The translations under genes and the position numbers were made by a program. Below the pieces are notes generated by a model. The model made no database searches. It was not told the DNA's origin and worked only from the letters and a program-made list of their open reading frames with translations. Below, piece by piece: positions 17,517-23,142 of a DNA stretch of 23,142 bases; the first letter of the stretch is position 1, and every line of letters begins with the position of its first letter. The DNA is from Asterionella formosa (lineage: Eukaryota): positions 62,001-85,142 of the forward strand of contig NKIB01012208.1 in NCBI GenBank assembly GCA_002256025.1. Direction: 5' to 3'.

Positions 17517-20500
17517 TTATTCTACCCTTGCCACTTTCCATGGCTTCGAAATTTTCATGCACTTTGAGAACTTTCGCCTTTGAGAATCTGGAATAGCACT
17601 TGTCCCAGTGGGCTGTTGTTTCACCACAAGTCGTCGGAACTTTTGCATCGCGCCTTGCACTGAGTCATCACCACTTGCCTTTTCAATAGCTTCAACTCTT
17701 CCATCTTTTACCAAATCGATCAAGGCGGCGAGAACTGACTGCGATGTGCACAATTCTCGGAGCTCGGACCAACTTGATTGAACATTTTCGAATGGAGAGT
17801 TCTGAGTTTTAACCAACACTTCGTAGTCGGCAAGTTCTCCACTACCCAATACGTGGAAAATTAATTCTTTCAGTTCGCTTTTCAGTTCCTCAGGAAGAGA
17901 TTTGAACGTGTACTCGGCCGCATAGGGACCATCATACGAGCCATTCGCATTTCTTGTTGACAACTGCTGCGCGATTCCCCTCAGTTCCGTCCAAAGGTTA
18001 GTTCTATTCATCACATTGAAGAACGAAACGCGCTCAGCATCCTTCTCTTCCTGGGACTTGCTAGGCTGTCCCCTGGCCATAAACACACTAGAATTAGCAT
18101 ACATGACAACAGGATGGTGCTCATGCGAATGGTCAAATGGATGAGACGAAAACAGCGACTCTGCAGCACGCATTCTCTCGGAGATCGGACGGTTGTGTTT
18201 TTTGCCAGTGCCGAAAATTAGATTTCTGTACGATAGCTTGTTTCCGGCCGCAAATCCAGTTACTGGAAGGTGACCTGGGTCAGCCTTGTCCTCCTGCGCT
18301 TCGCAAGTGGCAGCATACGGATCCCAGCTATTCATATTGCAATACCATCTATCAGGAAGACTACCTGCAGAAATGTGAGGGGGGAGCCGACGCCATTTTT
18401 CACACTTCTCGCACTGCACCCATTCTTGGTTGTCGGGATCGCTGGATTTTTCATTTGTTGGCTTCCCTTCTTTGTTCCCGGATTGCTCTTTCGCGGGGCG
18501 ACCACGAGGCCGCTTTCCTTTGATCTGAGAAGTAAGACTATCACTCTCCTTGACTTCTTCTTCGGGCTCCTCTCTTGGTCGCTTTCCCACAAGGTTTAAT
18601 TTCTTCCTCGAATCAAGCATATGATGAGAATCACTTCCTAATTCCTCGACTGGCGACGGGTGTCTTGAAGCATCAGACTGCATAAGTACTGGCGACGCCC
18701 TCTTTGGGCGATCATCTTTCTCGCGATTCTTCCCGTCTTTTTTTAGAACTAATTCTTTCCTCTCTTTTGGTGGACGCCCGACTTTCTTCTTACGCCTTTC
18801 ATCTTTCGGAGCTATTTCTCCCTGACTGGCGTCAATTGCTTCGCTTTCTTCGGTTATAGGTTGGAGATTACTAGGAGATTCGAGTAGGGCCAGTCTAGCC
18901 AACTTACGCTTTGCTTTGCGCTTCGCCTTTGCCACCTCTTCAGCTGTTTGCTCTGCAGCCTCGCAACTGTTGCGGAGAGCGTCGTAAACGTTGAACTTGC
19001 AATACCAGTTCTTCGGGAGAGCATCAACATCTACGGAAGCCGGAAGAACTCGCCATTTCGAGCAAGCATCACATTGCACCCAGTGATGATCATCGTCGCT
19101 TTCATTTGATTCTTCACCTTCGTGCTCCTTTTGTTTTGGCTCCCTACCACCAGGTCCCTTGATATCTGTCCTCTTTTTCTTTGGTTTTGAGTACTCATCT
19201 TGGATCACCAGCTCTTGTCGCGACGCAATACGCTCGTTTGCTGCTTGAGCTGCTCGTCGACCGGAACGAGGAGCATTCATCGAGTCAAGGTCATCAATGC
19301 GGTCCGCAGTTGGAGTTCTAATAAACTGGTCGTCCGGGGAAATGGAGGGGAGATCCTTGATTTTCTTGAATTTTCTTTTCTCCTTCTCAAAATCACTTCT
19401 TTTAGATATTTCAAATGACTGCTGGTCCTTCTCGAGGGATTCGTCGTCGGCATCCTCCTCATTTCCACTTTTCATGGAAAAAGGCACGACAGAATCGGGC
19501 GTTGGCAAGCTATCGGTACACAAGGGTTGTTCGGATAAGACTGGGGTGGGAGAATCGGATGACAAAAGAGATTTATCCAGAATAAGAGGTGACGATGTAT
19601 CAGTCATTGCTGAGTCGCACTCTCGTTTGTCTTGTTTTCGTTTGTGGGGCTTGGTGGCGACAGCAACTGCATCACAATCACCATCAACGCCTTTAAAACC
19701 GATCAAATCTACCAACCTCGTCTTGTAAATTATCTCGTCGACTTGACCAGCATCATCCTCGCATTTAGCGCCCTGGCTCTCAGAAACCACTTCAACTTGA
19801 TCAGATCGATATATTGATTGTGTTACGGGTTCATCGCCGTCGAATTCTGCTTCTTTTTCGTCATCATCTTGGTCCTCATTGCTCGCGGTTTCATCACTCT
19901 CGTCCAGCCTGGCTGATTTGTGTGCAATGATCTCAGAGTCATCATCTTCACGGGGTCGTTTTGTTCCAGAATTACAATCAGATTCGTCTTCATTGTCAGC
20001 TTCTCCTCCGTCGTTTTTCTCAAACAGTTGGTTTAGAGATGAAGGTCTTGATTCAGTTTGTGCGGCAACAATATTCTTCACCTTTGCATCCTCTTGAGAC
20101 AAGGTACTTTCTTCAATGATTTCCATAGACGCATCGTCATCGTCATCGGAGCTGTCATCGGTGGTTGCTAAGGTACGGGATCCATTGATTCTCCCATCAG
20201 ATGAGAGTTCCATGCTCGTTTCTCCCATGTCAACCAAGGTTGTGTCATGGAGGCAGTCCTTTTCTTGGTCAGCATTATCCGATGGCAATTGCTGTGGATG
20301 ATCAGACTCGATTGTGGCAGTGGGCAGCTTCGCAATGTCTTTGTTTTCACAGTCTATAATTTCTTGATCGATGCCCGAACTGGAAATTATTTCGACAGCG
20401 CCATTCGATTCTTTACTGGACAGTGGCACTTGTTCCGCCTCCTCTGATGGTGCAGAAATTGTCGACGTGGGAACCGGAGACATGTTTGTTGGCATTCGTG

Positions 20501-21653
20501 ATCGTCCTATCGACTCATTGGAATCATCTGTATCGGTCTTGGGGGATGTGAATTGCTGATCACGCTGTTTCGTTGATTTCTTCACTCGTGTTTCTTGTTC
20601 CTCCTCTATAGGCTCCGGTTCGTCTTCTTCTTCTGACGGTTCTTGTGATTCTTCATTATTCGGAGGGAAAAAGACATCTGCCGGTACACGGTGCCGTCCA
20701 TTGTTTTCTTCATCGACAATCACATCCTTATCTGGAAATTTGCTCACCTCCGAAGTTCCGTCATCGTATTTGATACGAATCTTACTTCCTCCTGTAGATA
20801 CAGCCGTTACCAATCCACCATACCACTTCAATTTCTTGACCACTTTTTGATCTCGCTTCTTGACCTTGGTGGCAAATCGTACCTTCACACGAAGGCCTGC
20901 ACAAATGTGCCGGCGCTTCTTCTTTTGTGACAGCGACTCCATGAAATCAATGATATGGATCGATGGTGGTGTGACGGTCAATGCCTCCTTGGATGATTTC
21001 TTCTTGGGCGCTTCTTCGCAGTCTTGTTTGGGCGAAGTAGCTCTGATACTACAAGACACAGTTTTGGATGATTGAGCATCGTGCATTAAAATTGGTTTCG
21101 TTTTATGCTTCTTTCTTTTCCATTGTGATTGAATCTTGTTGGCCGCCGAATGCTCTTTGGGTATTAGCTGCTTGTCATGATTCGTGATAATGGCGTTGCC
21201 ATTCTCGTTTTCTGACTCACAGTCGGTCTCATTGTCTGATTCAAAGAGTCCCCGCGTTTGCAGTGTCGGCGATGGCCGACGTGGATTTCCTTCGTTTTGC
21301 GATTCCTCTGAGCTGTATCCTGCGAATTCATTTTCATCACTGCTACTATCACTGCTACTGTTGTTAGGATGTTGCGACGGAGTAATGCCCGTTAGTTGTT
21401 GCTGTTCCGGTAATGGATGCTTTCGCGGTCGTCCTCGTTTTCGAGGTGGATCTCCTGGTTTTCGTTTATTCACGTTTGTGGTGGTTCGAAGGTCCGTTGT
21501 TTGTAGTAGCTGCTGCTGCTGCTGCTGGTGTTGCTTTTGCTGCTGTTTTTGTAATAACAGATCCGCACGCTTGCGTTCTGATTTTTCTTTTTTGGTAGGA
21601 CCACCCCCAGCTTCGACAAGCGATTGTTTCAATGCCAGTCGTAGTGAACTCAT
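17517..21653 (-). CDS. Nuclear chromatin-reader protein with two CW-type zinc fingers, a Tudor-like domain and AT-hooks
   Basis: CW1 WVQCDACSKWR...LPKNWYC...SC (nt ~19090-18950) and CW2 WVQCEKCEKWR...LPDRWYC...W...TC (~18430-18290). Tudor-like GLRVKVRF...WYGGLV...IRIKYDDG (~20905-20720). AT-hooks PRKRGRPRK (~21450-21421) and KRPRGRPAK (~18515-18490). Many NLS-like basic clusters. The start is placed at MSSLRLALKQSL (21653) because the sequence upstream contains a polypyrimidine tract and TTTCAG acceptor (intron ends at 21714); the ORF is formally open to 21896. Confidence 0.85.
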   Translation of the reverse strand: MSSLRLALKQSLVEAGGGPTKKEKSERKRADLLLQKQQQKQHQQQQQQLLQTTDLRTTTNVNKRKPGDPPRKRGRPRKHPLPEQQQLTGITPSQHPNNSSSDSSSDENEFAGYSSEESQNEGNPRRPSPTLQTRGLFESDNETDCESENENGNAIITNHDKQLIPKEHSAANKIQSQWKRKKHKTKPILMHDAQSSKTVSCSIRATSPKQDCEEAPKKKSSKEALTVTPPSIHIIDFMESLSQKKKRRHICAGLRVKVRFATKVKKRDQKVVKKLKWYGGLVTAVSTGGSKIRIKYDDGTSEVSKFPDKDVIVDEENNGRHRVPADVFFPPNNEESQEPSEEEDEPEPIEEEQETRVKKSTKQRDQQFTSPKTDTDDSNESIGRSRMPTNMSPVPTSTISAPSEEAEQVPLSSKESNGAVEIISSSGIDQEIIDCENKDIAKLPTATIESDHPQQLPSDNADQEKDCLHDTTLVDMGETSMELSSDGRINGSRTLATTDDSSDDDDDASMEIIEESTLSQEDAKVKNIVAAQTESRPSSLNQLFEKNDGGEADNEDESDCNSGTKRPREDDDSEIIAHKSARLDESDETASNEDQDDDEKEAEFDGDEPVTQSIYRSDQVEVVSESQGAKCEDDAGQVDEIIYKTRLVDLIGFKGVDGDCDAVAVATKPHKRKQDKRECDSAMTDTSSPLILDKSLLSSDSPTPVLSEQPLCTDSLPTPDSVVPFSMKSGNEEDADDESLEKDQQSFEISKRSDFEKEKRKFKKIKDLPSISPDDQFIRTPTADRIDDLDSMNAPRSGRRAAQAANERIASRQELVIQDEYSKPKKKRTDIKGPGGREPKQKEHEGEESNESDDDHHWVQCDACSKWRVLPASVDVDALPKNWYCKFNVYDALRNSCEAAEQTAEEVAKAKRKAKRKLARLALLESPSNLQPITEESEAIDASQGEIAPKDERRKKKVGRPPKERKELVLKKDGKNREKDDRPKRASPVLMQSDASRHPSPVEELGSDSHHMLDSRKKLNLVGKRPREEPEEEVKESDSLTSQIKGKRPRGRPAKEQSGNKEGKPTNEKSSDPDNQEWVQCEKCEKWRRLPPHISAGSLPDRWYCNMNSWDPYAATCEAQEDKADPGHLPVTGFAAGNKLSYRNLIFGTGKKHNRPISERMRAAESLFSSHPFDHSHEHHPVVMYANSSVFMARGQPSKSQEEKDAERVSFFNVMNRTNLWTELRGIAQQLSTRNANGSYDGPYAAEYTFKSLPEELKSELKELIFHVLGSGELADYEVLVKTQNSPFENVQSSWSELRELCTSQSVLAALIDLVKDGRVEAIEKASGDDSVQGAMQKFRRLVVKQQPTGTSAIPDSQRRKFSKCMKISKPWKVARVE

Positions 21654-22710
21654 GTTGATGGTTATTACCAGTATAAATGATTCTGTTGTTGAGTTGAAGC
21701 GTTTCGTTTCCACCTGAAATAGCCAAAGGAAAAATGAGTGAGTGAGTATAAAATCAACCGTTTCTGAATGCGAACCAGCCAGCATTGCAAGCAAGGGGAG
21801 GTTTCTGATCTGATTCGAATGGCACCAACACACGACCGCCTTTTGACCACGAATCGATACACGAATTTCTCCGTAGATACCAGTAGTGAGGTTCATGGCT
21901 GCTAGTTTCGAGAGAGTGAGAGAAAGAGAGAGGAACCAGCAGGAATGGTTGCCAGGACAGACAGTACCTCCGTCGACCTGGCGTCAATCGTACAGCTGCA
22001 GCAGCCTGCCTTCTAAATCAATCCCAATACTATTCTCTAGACAACCGAGGCACCATGTCAAACTATTACATACCCTAGTATCAAAGACAACAATCAATAG
22101 AAGAAATGAGCAATCCACAAAATAAAGCGACGAGACGCACTAAAATACATTTGCTTTTTTTAATGATGCTGGATTTCAGCGTTGTCGTTTCATCAGTTGC
22201 TTGCAAAAATTATGAAAAAATTTATGCAATGACCAAGAAGCATGCACATCTCAACTGGTACATATGTACACTGGCATGATTAATTATAGGCAGGGATGGG
22301 CAATAACGCGTTGTTGGTCCTTGTTTATTGGTAGCTACATACGTTGCCACATTCTACGTTTGCTTGCCATACGAAAGGTAACAGGTACTGTACAGGATTC
22401 ACTACCTGGTACCGATATTATGGTGCGGAGTAGCAGGTACGAGGGACAAGTACGACATTTCAACATCAACATCGTTCTGCCCTATGTACCGGTATATATG
22501 TTCTTACTTACATACTAACATGCCAGTAGGTACCTAGTATCAGGTACCTACTACTTTTTGCACAACGACCTCGGTCGAATGAAAGTTCACGAACTTCATC
22601 GATTTTAATTTACCAGTACTAGTCTAATCATGATAGCCACCATTAGTACGGGGATGTCGAGTATAACAACGTTTATTATTATTGTTCCCTGAAGATTTGT
22701 ATAATTGGTT

Positions 22711-22815
22711 AGTACGACCAGGAAGTACCAGGTACCTGGTACTGGTACCTGGTAGTATCTGGAACCAGTACCGGTATTCCCTGGCTGGGACTAGTAAACA
22801 CATTTACCGGTACTT
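22711..22815. repeat. Cluster of short palindromic GTAC/CCWGG/ACCGGT units, including the perfect 20-bp palindrome AGTACCAGGTACCTGGTACT (22724-22743)
   Basis: Read directly; related clusters occur at ~3630-3665, 3808-3826, 3947-3965, 4050-4100, 6708-6740, 12756-12778, 15213-15250, 15360-15445 and 22380-22550. Confidence 0.75.
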
Positions 22816-23142
22816 CACACGTGCCTGGTGTACCTGATACAACGAACGTAAACTCTACCGGTAGTCAGGGCTGGGACCTCCTCAGCGCAACCTTTTCTGG
22901 CCATAGATGTAGTCGCAGCTATGTAATGCGCTGGTAATTGACTACCAGTAAAGAACTGCTGTGACCCACTGAGTTCTCCTATTCGTTTGATTAGTTCGAC
23001 TACACCTTTTCCATGCCTTGCGAGAATCAAACTTCCAGGTCTTGTTAACCAAAGGAGTCAGCAGATTGTGGATCTGTCGGTATTCTCATTGAAGGTCGAG
23101 GTACTGAGATACGAACCCTTTAATGTGGACAAAATTTGCCGG

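Noticed and set aside
7105..21717. Numerous antisense or alternate-frame ORFs inside the long genes (e.g. 8545-9150, 9454-9891, 13528-13866, 21184-21717)
   Set aside because: Typical shadow ORFs produced by codon bias of the real CDS on the opposite strand.
22711..22815. CRISPR-like or tandem-satellite reading of the palindrome cluster
   Set aside because: No constant-length repeat with unique spacers, no cas genes, and the context is eukaryotic.
22815..23142. Minus-strand ORF 22815-23030 and short open frames at the window end
   Set aside because: TTG start and no motifs; frames entering from the edge stop within 18-27 codons. This could be the tail of a gene outside the window but cannot be supported.

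Overview
Compact, gene-dense eukaryotic DNA, most likely from a diatom or related photosynthetic stramenopile. This is inferred from short GT-AG introns, a signal-peptide + AFAP plastid presequence and the intergenic composition. Nine protein-coding genes are supported, in order: (1) a 5'-truncated GT8-fold glycosyltransferase-like gene whose catalytic motifs look degenerate; (2) a flavin-containing monooxygenase resembling bacterial Tmm/mFMO; (3) a ~1030-aa SLC25 phosphate-carrier-like protein with an apparent tripartite ER/plastid/Tat presequence and a GxGY beta-repeat module; (4) a folate-biopterin (BT1) MFS transporter; (5) RPS6 (one intron); (6) SmD2 (one intron); (7) a spliced 73-aa single-pass membrane microprotein that the ORF track does not show; (8) a small, probably mitochondrial hypothetical protein; (9) a large chromatin-reader protein with two CW zinc fingers, a Tudor-like domain and AT-hooks. 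The long FMO-carrier intergenic region holds CpG-depleted, stop-riddled ORF relics. Intergenic DNA is studded with GTAC/CCGG/CCWGG palindrome clusters and a few hairpins. I saw no tRNA, rRNA, CRISPR array or intact transposon. All family calls come from motif recognition by eye, not database searches.
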